Source: Ginkgo biloba (lineage: Eukaryota > Plantae > Ginkgophyta). Taken from it: 19,527 nucleotides of DNA. Below the pieces are notes generated by a model. That model was not told the DNA's origin and did no database searches. It worked only from the letters and a program-made list of their open reading frames with translations. The stretch covers positions 107,287,191-107,306,717 of the forward strand of contig JANKJI020000004.1 in NCBI GenBank assembly GCA_024626585.2. The letters are read 5' to 3'. The position numbers and the translations under genes were made by a program. This document shows, piece by piece, positions 1 through 10,544 of the stretch (positions are counted from its first letter, which is position 1; each line of letters opens with the position of its first letter).

Positions 1-1411
1 CCATGGTAGAGGAAGAAGAAGATATGGAACAAAATTTTATAGAAAGGACTTTATAATGTTTAAGGGTAATAACTAGAGGATCCCTTTTTAAGATTAGACG
101 ATAGAAGAATCCAACTTTGGTGGATAGATTATGTAGAGGACTAGAGCATAAAATGGAGAAGAGTTCTAATAGCTATAATTTATCATGACATTATTTATTA
201 TGAAACAAGACTTAAGGGGTTAGAAGGATAAAGTATAGCATGGGGATAAGACCTAGGGACTTTACGATAAAGGTCTATAAACTCTAGTATTTGGATGGAA
301 GTACAATAATTGTATCACTAAATATAGGAGAGGGAAACACATAAATATTTGGATGAAATATAGATATGTTCGCCCCTAAAGTGACCCTTAGAAGGGACAT
401 CCTAGAGAGGTGAGTGACTTTTTCCCCTAACTTTCATATTAGGAAAAGATGATGATCTTGTATTATTGCTTATTCTAATTTTTATGAGAGATCTTAAGGG
501 TGATGCAAATTCATGCAATGTATACTTTTCATGAAGAGATGAAAGTCATCCCAATGTGGTGATCTTCCTTGATTTCTATGGTCAAATTAACCTTTAGGTC
601 CTTGATGGAAAGAGAATCTACATAATTGATAGGGATCTTAGGTATTATAATTTTTGGCTCTAGTATTGATACTATTCTTCAAGGATTTTTTCTTTTTTTT
701 TTTCTATGAATGATATAGTGGTTTCGATATAACTTAGCGGGATCTTCTTAGAGTTGAAACATTATATAGGTGCATTCCTATGTAAGAAAAATCTAAAATA
801 AGGGTGTCCTACTTAAATTCGTTTGGGATAAAGGTGAGATATTATTTCACCCCAAATCGGAACCTATATAGAATTTGGAGTGATTGCCTTAACTATGATC
901 TAGATTATAACTCTGATATAGGTTTGGTGGGATGGCTCATCCTGTGTATGAGTCATAAGGATAAATCTTATAGATATTGATGACTAACTAAGGTCTAAAC
1001 CTGCCATGAATAATGGATTATTAATTCTTGCACATTTAAATATAAATTTTATGAGATCCATTTTTTTATTCATTAATAATAAAGAAATAAATATAGTAAA
1101 AAAATTATGTAGAAGGTAAAGAAATTAAAGTGAAAGTTATAGCTTAGGGATAAATCTCTTATGCACTAGTCGAGGATTTGGTTTGCAATTACAATAACTA
1201 TGGTATTAAATCTCCTTGGGATGTATTCAATGATGGTGACATAGAAGTTCTATAGTAACATGCATGTTAAGAGGGATAATTAATGGAGCTATAGGATTTT
1301 GACATGCTAATTTTTGTTAAAATGAGCTACAATTAGTTGTGGATAAAAGAGATCATAAATTTCTTGATTCCCAAGTCATAAGAAACTCTTATAAGTTAAA
1401 TTAATTCTTGA
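1..1411 (+). mobile_element. Decayed L1-type LINE ORF2 3' part (post-RT region, zf-RVT region, RNase H relic)
   Basis: Motif relics occur in the expected order. LWWIDYVED*SIKWRRVLIAIIY (115-183) resembles KLWWRF...LWVRVIKAKY. IGEGNT*IF/..DEI*ICSPLK (324-380) resembles IGNG...FWED.W....PLK. DIVV...SGIF (~713-747) resembles D.LVW...SGIFSV. ataaattttatgagatcc (1042-1059) resembles INFDGS. LQLVVDKRDHKFLDSQVI (1327-1380) resembles GLQLA...G...L.VEGDSQVI. Many stops and frameshifts. Confidence 0.6.
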
Positions 1412-1511
1412 NNNNNNNNNNNNNNNNNNNNNNNNNNNNNNNNNNNNNNNNNNNNNNNNNNNNNNNNNNNNNNNNNNNNNNNNNNNNNNNNNNNNNNNNN
1501 NNNNNNNNNNN

Positions 1512-2490
1512 CCTTTTTTAGAGTAATTCCATGAGCAAATGAATAATTCTACATCAACTAGGCATAGTTTCATTTACTTTCTATACTTTATTTTCATTAT
1601 GCACTCTACTTTTAAATGATTATATATTAAATGAATTATCTCACAAGTGTCCCAAGGAATTGTCATGGTAGGTACATTATAAACATATTTTAGGCCACTT
1701 ATCCATACCTGAATACGTGATTTTGAGCCATAATACCCACTCTTAATTGGATATTAGGAACAACCATAAATATTTTCCACTTAGGGGAATTTTCCTTCAA
1801 ACCTTATAGGTACCTACTTGGGTTGAAACTAGGCCACACTCTTACTATTATTATGTATAGGTGGGGGACCACCATTTCTTTTATATATTATATATAGGAT
1901 CATCTACCATCCTAACCAATAAGAAGAGTACCTTGTGTTATCTCACAACACCTCTTCTATTTTTTAATTTCCATGAAGTAAAGAAGAATTATCAAGAACA
2001 TAAATACTTATATATAGAATCATTCCCAGGCCTCCATAAAGTGTATTTTTCATATAAAATCTATGTTTTCATGAGGGTAACAAAAATATTATATCCCCAA
2101 TATTACAATTTGTGGGTACTCTTTAGGTTCCATTGTATTTTCTTATATGCTAGTATTATGCATTCATATTAATTTCACCCTAAAGTTCCCAAACATTCCA
2201 TTTACTATCTTTAATATGACCCTATAAACTATTCTAAGTGCATGACTCCTAATTTCCTATAACCCATAAAAACCCAAAGGAATTGATTCACTCTTTTCTT
2301 TTCCTCCTCTCCTTAGAATCCACAAGAAACTTAAGAGGGTAATATTTATTACACCATATAGATTTCTTTCATCCATTTTTCATCATTAAGAATTTTAGTT
2401 TCCATATTTCTTAACAATAATAGTTATGGATATCTTCATGCATGAATCATACATTTTATTCCTTAGTCCACATAAGAACCTAAGGAGAAA
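1512..2490 (-). pseudogene. Decayed L1-type LINE ORF2 N-terminal APE endonuclease region
   Basis: Minus-strand relics: CGLRN (2458-2472, cf. NVRGL), METKI (2391-2405, cf. LQETK), VDSK (2312-2323, cf. VDS.G.SGG), a VILG-D-like segment near 2100, and KMKL...CSWNYSKK at 1513-1575 (cf. KLK.LK..LK.WNK). Order matches plant L1 endonuclease. Confidence 0.5.
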
Positions 2491-3209
2491 CTCTAAATGA
2501 TAAGTGTACTTTTTAAAATAGTGATTTGTAGGAATATTATACATCTCACCTTCAAATATGGCCATTTTTAAAGTAAAATCCTCACAACTTTCTAAATACT
2601 TATATATCATACAAGTAGGAGTCTTTTTTTTTGGCAGGGGGATGGGGGAGGAACATTAAGAATATGGAGCATGAACTCCATTAGCTCTAATCACGTAATA
2701 TATATAGATTATGTACCAAATTTACTCCTTTTATTCAATACTATAACTTATCTATTTCATAAGAATATACTATAGTATTTACTCTAATATCTTGGTCTAG
2801 CATGACAATGGTTTCATTAGTTTATCATTATATTCCTCCATTGACTTGAGTATGATATTCATCTCATATCTTCACTATTATACTTTTAGAAATGGTACAC
2901 ATAAAAAAATATCATTTTGAATATATCTTGCATATAATATTTTACTATGAATCATCCATATAATCCATATAGTTATAGTGAAATTAGTACCTTACATCTT
3001 AAAATTTAGACCACCCAAAGGAGATGATATATATATAGGTTAAGTATTTCTTTGGAGTATTATGTAAACTCTATAGGAAATTTCTTATTTTAATTTTATC
3101 AATTATTTCCATATAGTATAAGAAGGGGTAGTATATTATATCCATCCTCATTACAGTTGTTTTGCTTATGAATTTTATCATTTGAGTACTATATCTTAGC
3201 AATACTCAT

Positions 3210-3773
3210 TTTTTAGCAATTAAATTAATAAGTGTCATCATCACATCATCACATACTATATTTATTTATGGAAATATATGTTTCTTAAAGAATTCACTTC
3301 TACATGATAATATTAAGGTGTGAGTTTATTTAGTTGATATTGGGGCACCTCTAATGTATTTTATCCCCTATTTTACATTAGGAATATTAAAATATTCCAT
3401 TCCATTTTTAGAAAAATTGAATTCCAATTTCATAATTATCATACTATGGAATGTATTTACATATGGAATTAACACATGTATAATCATTGTAATATTCATG
3501 TTAGGATAGGACCTTTCCATAGTTATGTGGATCTTTTTTATTATTTTTAATTTTTTGCATGAGCTTGGGACTTCCCTAGTGTTTTTCCACATATTATAAG
3601 GTTCATTAAGTTGCTAGTGAGTATTTTTTTTTCACATGAAGTGGAATACTTTGAATGGTGTAACCCGTCTACTATTCCTTTATTTTATCTCTCATATGTA
3701 AGAATATCATGCGTATAGTTATGTATCTTCTTGGTAGGAGGATGAAGTAATGACCTTCAAATGCATTATGAAA
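3210..3773 (-). pseudogene. Decayed L1-type LINE ORF1 (DUF4283-like, possible zinc-knuckle relic)
   Basis: FEGHYFILLPRRYITIRMIFLHMRDKIKE**TGYTIQSIPLHVKK followed by NTREVPSSCKKL resembles the plant L1 ORF1 pattern L.RG.F..RF....DRD.IL..GPW.I...PL.V.KW...VPVW.KL. It lies upstream of and co-oriented with the endonuclease relic. Confidence 0.5.
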
Positions 3774-3873
3774 NNNNNNNNNNNNNNNNNNNNNNNNNNN
3801 NNNNNNNNNNNNNNNNNNNNNNNNNNNNNNNNNNNNNNNNNNNNNNNNNNNNNNNNNNNNNNNNNNNNNNNNN

Positions 3874-4600
3874 ATATGTAACCTGTAGGAAGTCCTTTTG
3901 GAGAGAGATTCTGGAGAGAGCAATGAAGTGCTGCCAGATTGGAGAGTGAATGGAAAAACCACTGAGCTGAGATAAACCAGAGAGGAATTCACCACGTCAT
4001 GATGAGTAGGTCATTGCCAGAGGAGTAAAGTAAGGCTAAGGAAAGGGAAATTCTACCAAGATAGTTGTGGGATGAGAATTCACCAAGAAGAAACTGAGAG
4101 AGGTAGCTCCTGGGGTGAACATTTCTAGTCTAGTGAGGTTGCACCATGGGATTTGTATGCTCATTTTATGGGGTGAGTTTTGTAAGCCATGAGGCAGTAT
4201 TATATCACCAGTGGGAAAACTTGTAGGCCATGGGCCATTCTTTCTTCAAGTCAGTTGGAAGTACAAGTAAGGGCATTGGTCCAAGAATCCTTTTGACATA
4301 ATACACTTGGAGTTTTATTCCCCTAGAGGGTTTCTCCAGTTTAAAACCTGTGTGTACTCTTCGTTTCTGTTAGATGACTGAGTACTTATTTAATTTTTTT
4401 TCTTTTCTGCAAGTGCATGAATCTTGATGATCAAAGACATAACCCTGTGGGTCACATTCAGTGAAGCATGGGTTTCTTTCATCCTGTTGACCTCGTCAGT
4501 GGGTGGTGGTAGACATGAATGAAAAGATCCTGGTAGAAGTCAGTGCAGGGTGGCAAAGTGAGCGGGTTCTCCCGTTCGCCTCCCACCTCGCGTTGCGTCA
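3874..4600 (+). mobile_element. 3' part of a comparatively young LTR (solo or 3' LTR)
   Basis: Higher GC with CpGs retained. Contains GAGTTTTATTCCCCTAGAGGGTTTCTCCAG (4310-4339), a type of motif I recognise from plant LTR U5 regions, and short internal repeats (TTGTAAGCCATGAGGCA / TTGTAGGCCATGGGCCA). Ends ...TTGCGTCA at 4600 with an abrupt switch to AT-rich DNA and no TGG-type primer-binding site. Confidence 0.55.
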
Positions 4601-5322
4601 TTAGTGCAATTGTAGAAAAATATTATAGCCTTATTAATTCCTTAATTTCCTTGATATGATAAGAATCAATAGACCTTGATTGAGTTATTAGGGATTCACC
4701 AAGGCATAGAAGAATCTTATAAAGGATATGATGATTAGTTCAACATTTATTGATAAAAAGTAGGATTATAGGTGAATGAACATACCTTGTTATTTTATTT
4801 TAATAATGGCCTCCATGATATGGTTTAGTTAGACTTGCAATAGATAAATCTAATTACCTGATAAGAAGTAATATAATTATGCTAACCCATTCTACATTTG
4901 TGAGGCATACCTTATGGTCCTCAAGCTATTTATACATTTGAAGATGACCTAAATGTTGTTTCATAGATAAATACTAGAGTTTAGGATCATAATTTTTGAG
5001 TTATTATAAAAAATCAAGGTCCCCAACCTATGGTGTCATATGATTTGGCTTTAGATATATACCTAGTTTATACTTCTCAAAATCTTCCTATGTTACATTT
5101 TAATTAACCTCACCTTATATAAGTGCCAGCAAGAAAATCTATCCCTCCTTATCTATCTGAGTGAGTAGAGACTCTAAAAATATAGAGGCACTTAGTTATA
5201 GAAAATTTAGATTAATTAATTAATAATATAATGGTAGTTCAACAATAATCATATTTAGGTTTAGTTATATAAAATTTTAGTAATGACAATGATAGAGACC
5301 ATTAGAATTAATGGGTCATTAG
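4601..5322 (+). pseudogene. gag: Ty3/gypsy gag relic (Retrotrans_gag core)
   Basis: From 4700: QGIEESYKGYDD*FNIY**KVGL*VNEHTLLFYFNNGLHDMV, matching the gag major-homology pattern Q...ES...Y..RF..L............F..GL. Confidence 0.65.
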
Positions 5323-5810
5323 NNNNNNNNNNNNNNNNNNNNNNNNNNNNNNNNNNNNNNNNNNNNNNNNNNNNNNNNNNNNNNNNNNNNNNNNNNNNNN
5401 NNNNNNNNNNNNNNNNNNNNNNCAAAATGAACATGGTGGATAATAAAGAGTTAGGGGATATCATGAATATTCATATCATATTATCCATACATATAAATTA
5501 ATATTAGTTACCATCCCTCTATCATACTCAAGCATGATAGTTTTAATTATAACATTGGTTTGAAAAAAAGATGAAACACCAACAGTTCAAAAATGGTGAT
5601 CTAGTTTTGCTTTTGGATATAAGTCAAATTAGAAACATCCAAAGAAATTTTATTCATTATGGATTTACCCTTATTAAATATTCATATATTTTATAAATGG
5701 GTCCCTTAGGCTAATTATGCTAGATAGTCAACAACTCCTAAGTCCATTTAATAAGGATTTGATCAAGAATTATATCACCTAGGTGGAATATTTAATGATA
5801 CTATACTGAC

Positions 5811-5846
5811 ATGTGTGTGTGTGTGTGTTGACACACACACACACAT
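5811..5846. repeat. (TG)n-(CA)n inverted microsatellite, perfect 16-bp stem
   Basis: ATGTGTGTGTGTGTGT-GTTG-ACACACACACACACAT read directly. Confidence 0.95.
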
Positions 5847-6449
5847 ACTTAAGTATGCAAGTAGGAGAATAATCACTTGATAAATGATGATCTATTATAA
5901 CATACCTAATAGAGGTAATGATTTGATTTTTAGTGTTAGTCCTAAATAAGAGTCTTATGCCCCTCAACCGACTTAGCCTTTTATGGAGATGAAGGAAATA
6001 AAGGATGAGGTTGGATAATTATGCATCATGTGTAATATACTTAAAAATAAAACTTTATAGGGACTAGAGAAGGTTATAAAAGGAGAGGCACCACTAATAA
6101 AATTAAAGATAACATGTAGCCACCATCATTCCAACTCTAGTGGGAAGAACATAAGTGAGTAAAATAATAAAGATCCTCACTCTCACTAACGAAATAAAGA
6201 ATCATGTAGGTTGAATGAGTTAAGGTTTTCTTGAGGAATTAATCTTTAATTTGTGCCTTGCATTGAGTTATCCTTGGTGGCCATTAAATGTTGAGCCAAA
6301 TTTTATCTCTAGGTGTATTAGGTAATAGTCTAATTATAATCATCTTCCTTTGAAGAATACTTAATATTAGTTTAGATTTCAACATAAATTTACTCTATGC
6401 ATAACTTTTCTTATGATTCAATTTCTACTACTAATTTCCTATAATGGTT

Positions 6450-6850
6450 GAGTACTTCCTTATGGCCAAGGAATTAATAAATCTAAGGAATATGCCTTAT
6501 CTACTCTAGTTGGTTCTTCTTAACTCACTAGGGACCAAAAAATTAATTAATAAGACATCTAAGGGATAAGAATATACCACATATTCCCTTCCTTATTTAT
6601 TCATTTCCTACTAGCTACAAAATTAAGGAATCTAAGGAATATGCTTTTCCTTCTATTTTTAGGTTATATCAACACACCAGGGACCAAGGAAGTATTTAAG
6701 AAGATATCTAACCAATTAGTATTTTTCATGTATTCCCTTTCATGGTCAAGTACTTATCACTTCCCAGGTTATCAAGGAATCTTAAGAATACACCTTCCTT
6801 TATTTAGTTAAGTGGCCCTGACTAGTTAGGGACCAAGGAACAAACTAAAA
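6450..6850 (+). repeat. Degenerate 149-bp tandem repeat, ~2.5-3 units (copy A)
   Basis: ATCTAAGGAATATGC-like anchors at 6481, 6630, 6779 and GGGACCAA at 6531, 6680, 6829. Confidence 0.85.
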
Positions 6851-7354
6851 AGAAGCCTATATATGTTGATGTATTAAAATAACATTCACAACATTAGTGG
6901 ATATATTACCTAGCTCACCTTTGGCTTTCCATAAATGGTTATGGGATAAGATAGAACATGAGAACATATATCATTATGGATCATTATTGGTATGATAAAT
7001 AATCCTTTTACTTAAAATTCCATTACAATAGAAGAAAAATAATGGTGTTGCATGCATAGCTAACATTCAGATAATGAATGGCCAAGCCTAATGAACTAAG
7101 AGAGAACTTAGGGATTAGTAACAACTTTTAACTAACTTAGATTATTAGGTACTCATGTGAATTGGTTGTACTGGGTTAGAGGAATGAGTGTACTGGTACA
7201 AGTATAAGAATATGCCTTAGCCAATTTAGATCCCATTTACATACAAGACTATGAAGGATTATTTAACTAAGAGAGAAAGAAATCATGAATCTAGAAAACT
7301 ATATACAAGAAAGAAGTGATAGAACTAAAATAATCCATTAAATTACTGAAGGTG

Positions 7355-7463
7355 TATATCTAATCTATCACTCATATTTCAACCACTAGGGTTTCTTTTC
7401 ATATTAATAAGGAGATTAATGAATTATATCCAATCTATCACTCATATTTCAACCACTAGGGTT
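7355..7463 (+). repeat. 39-bp direct repeat (38/39 identical), 70-bp spacing
   Basis: TATATC(T/C)AATCTATCACTCATATTTCAACCACTAGGGTT at 7355-7393 and 7425-7463. Confidence 0.95.
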
Positions 7464-7654
7464 CCAGAAGTTATTGTTGAACTTGACTAGTATAGGATGA
7501 AAGCTTAACATATTAAGGAAATGATTAATGGCTATAAGGCCCAACTATAGGCTANNNNNNNNNNNNNNNNNNNNNNNNNNNNNNNNNNNNNNNNNNNNNN
7601 NNNNNNNNNNNNNNNNNNNNNNNNNNNNNNNNNNNNNNNNNNNNNNNNNNNNNN

Positions 7655-8529
7655 GATTTCCCCTTTTGCCTTTCATGATTTCATTTTATAATAGAAATAT
7701 TCATGCTCTAAATGATGCATTAGGTCTGAGTTGGCTCATAGGGTGACATATGATATGGCATGGACATCTCTAATGGCTCATGTGTACTGGGACATCTCGC
7801 ATTTCTAAAATAGCCAAAATACATCATATGAGTGACTCTTTCCCCTTTTCCCTTTGATGCCAGTGTATTTATGAGTAGTTACCACCAAGATACATGTCAA
7901 CATTCCATGAAGACTGAATCTATAGCCTTTTAGGAATGACTTCTTTGATTTCACTTCCTACAAATATAAGATCACTCAAGATTGATCTAGGTGATAATAT
8001 ATTATGGCTCCTTAGGCACACCAACCCTTGATACTTTACTCACCCCTTTTTTCTTATGAATCCATGAGTGTTTAAGATTGAGGCACACATCATCATCTAG
8101 TGAATCCAGAGAATGAGTCACCCCAAAGTTTCTCCATGGTATTGGGTAGTCGCAAGATCTTTCCAGGTGGTACAATCTCATGGCCTTTGGATCATACATC
8201 CTTTGAACTTATATTTTCCTTTGTTATTATGTACATCTATGAATGACTGAGATTGGGACATGTGTTATCATCTCGTGGACCTTCAAATCCACCACCTTGC
8301 ACCTTTTATGGTACTATCCTTCTTCTAGAATGGCAAGTGTTTGGGAGTCCCCAGGATTTTGACACTTGACCTAATCTCAGAGGCCTTGGCCTTATGACAC
8401 TTTTGTAGAATTGTTTCCCTAACCTTTTATCCTTGTGACTCTGCGAGCATCCAATATTGAGCCACATGATGTGATCTCATGGATTCAGGCCTCACACTAT
8501 TTACCAAGTAAATTTTAATGTTTTCAACA
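7655..8529 (-). mobile_element. LTR fragment with terminus TGTTGAAAAC on the minus strand
   Basis: Non-coding, moderately GC-richer block with short internal repeats (GGACATCTC twice), ending ...TTTTCAACA at 8529, a canonical LTR terminus. Orientation is inferred. Confidence 0.45.
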
Positions 8530-9036
8530 ATGACGAGGGGAGATATCACACGATCTTTCCACATGGCATCATCCTATAACCTGCATAATGATTCCACCAT
8601 ACCCCATGAAAAATACATTTTACATATATAAGGGAAAGCGAAAGGTGTCGTGTGATGGATTTTAGTAAAATCACAGATTGATATTTAAAATTACTAAGGA
8701 ATTTTCAGACAACCCTATCGGATTCATATTAAAATATTTATTCTTTTAGGGACACGATTATCCATATTATTATGGGATCTAGGGGCCTTATACGAGGGTG
8801 AATTAATTAGAAGGGGGATTCATTCACACTCGAAGGCTAAATAAACTTTCCCAACAATTAAAATTTAGGTGGTGGAATATCATTAAAATATTAAGGTAAC
8901 CTTCAAAGAGCTCGCAAGACCTCAAAGAACTGATGGGGTGTCAAAATCTATCTAGATGCCTTGAATAGTTATTCACAAAAAAAGGGGGTCCCAAATTTTT
9001 GAGCAACCAAAAAATGGGGGGTGTTGGGTAACAACA
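8530..9036 (-). mobile_element. Second LTR fragment with terminus TGTTGTTACCC on the minus strand
   Basis: Retains several CpGs. Ends ...AAAATGGGGGGTGTTGGGTAACAACA at 9036, where the old pol relic begins in mid-RNase H. Confidence 0.5.
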
Positions 9037-10544
9037 GTAACCACTTTAAGTGGTTCATGGATTCAAACCCTATGCACACCTTCCTAAATTAGGCCCACTT
9101 ATAGGGGCATATTGCCAAATGGATAATTATTTTATAGGATTTTAATTTTGAGACTATCATTAAGGATAATTGAGGACATTGAATGGTTAGGGGATTTTCT
9201 AACTTGGGAATCAATAAATAAGCTATAAAGAAGGTGATTAGTCCTAAATAAGCCTCTTTCTTGATAACTTAATTAATTTTTATTCAAGATCACGATATAT
9301 GGTATGTGGATATAATACAAAACTCACCACTAAGACATTTTGTAAAGACTCTTGCAACTAAGAAAGGCACTAGATTAAAATTTAGAATGGGAGGTATACT
9401 TGGATATGAGGAGTTATTTATTAATGAATGCAGATGGGGTATTACTTAAATGTGTGAATCAAACACATGTATAGAAAATATTAGAGGAATATCATGCCAA
9501 AATATGTGATTTCCATTTTACTAGGGAAAATACTAGAAGCCAAACTTAGTTTGAGAAGGATTCTATTTTTTGATGTTATATAAAGATGAATATGTAGTTT
9601 TTAAATAATAAAAAACATGCCATATCAATACAAAATAAGTAGTATTAACCACTTTACCTCTACCTCCTATCATTCCCTTGATTCTATTTGTGAAGTGGGG
9701 TCTTTATTATATCAATCTTTCAGTTCTTTCTTTAGTAAGACATCTTTATATAATAACTATTATGGACTAACTCTTAAACCGGGTTGACGTAGCACCCACT
9801 AGGAGGCTTCATGCTAAAATTATAGTGAATTTTATTATCTAATATTATGTGTAGGTTTAGCAACATATTGGAATTAGTGTCTAATAAATATATACATTTC
9901 TAAACTGAGGTGATGAAGGAGAGAACACAATATCTAAGGTTTAAGCATCAATTTGCTTCTTCATACCATACATAGGGAAATGGTTTAGCCAAAAGTACTA
10001 ATAAAGTACTAATCAATATTTTATATTGGATAATTTGTCAATATAGAAGGGATTGGCATTAAAATATGGACTTACAATTTTGGTCTTATCAAACCACTCA
10101 TAAGGTATCCATTAGAGCCAAATCATTCTCGCTAGTTTATGGGAAGGAAGTTATCTTATCAATCAATATTGAGGTATAATCATTCAAAATGAACATGGTG
10201 GATAATCAAGAGTTAGGGGATATCATGAATATTAATCTCATATTATCCATACATATAAATTAATATTTTTTACCATCCCTCTATCATACTCAAGAATGAT
10301 AGTTTTAATTATAACATTAGTTTGAAAAAAAGACGAAACAACAACAGTTCAAAAATGGTGATCTAGTTTTTCTTTTAGATATAAGTCAAATGAGAAACAT
10401 CCAAATAAATTTGATTCATAATGGATTTACCCTTATTACATATTCATATATTTTAGCAATGGGTCCTTTAGGTTAATTATGCTAGATATTCAACAACTCT
10501 TAAGTCCATTCAATAAGGATTTGATCAAGAATTATATCACCTAA
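9037..10544 (+). pseudogene. pol: Ty3/gypsy (non-chromovirus) pol relic: RNase H end, integrase HHCC, core and GPY/F tail
   Basis: HL*GHIAKWIIIL*DFNFE (RNase H end); WYVDII (9301); ADGVLLKCV...ILEEYHAKICDFHF (zinc-binding region); FVKWGLYYI; FASSYHT*GNGLAKSTNKVLINIL; DWH...FWSYQTTHKVSIRAKSFSLVYGKEVILSINIEV; FKNGDLV; WIYPY; ends NKDLIKNYIT*. Confidence 0.92.

Larger units (their letters stand above)
5423..7554 (+). repeat. Copy A of old gypsy 3' region (integrase tail, 149-bp array, extra-ORF relic); whole contig
   Basis: 5423-6454 aligns by eye with 10185-11224 (about 24 mismatches and no indels in the first ~360 bp). ~5690-7554 aligns with ~12862-14603. Confidence 0.9.

Noticed and set aside
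1861-2172. 103-aa plus-strand ORF
   Set aside because: Antisense to the L1 endonuclease relic, GTG start, composition typical of a chance AT-rich ORF.
2395-2610. ORF MIYKYLESCE... resembling a hAT transposase segment
   Set aside because: No other hAT motifs follow. Its 3' part fits the start of the L1 endonuclease in context.
6450-6850. Regularly spaced motifs as a CRISPR-like array
   Set aside because: The whole units are homologous (no unique spacers), there are no cas genes, and the context is a eukaryotic TE.
5423-7554. Contig A as merely the allelic haplotig filling copy B's gap
   Set aside because: About 7% or more divergence plus indels is high for alleles, so I treat it as a paralog. 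Its placement remains unverified.
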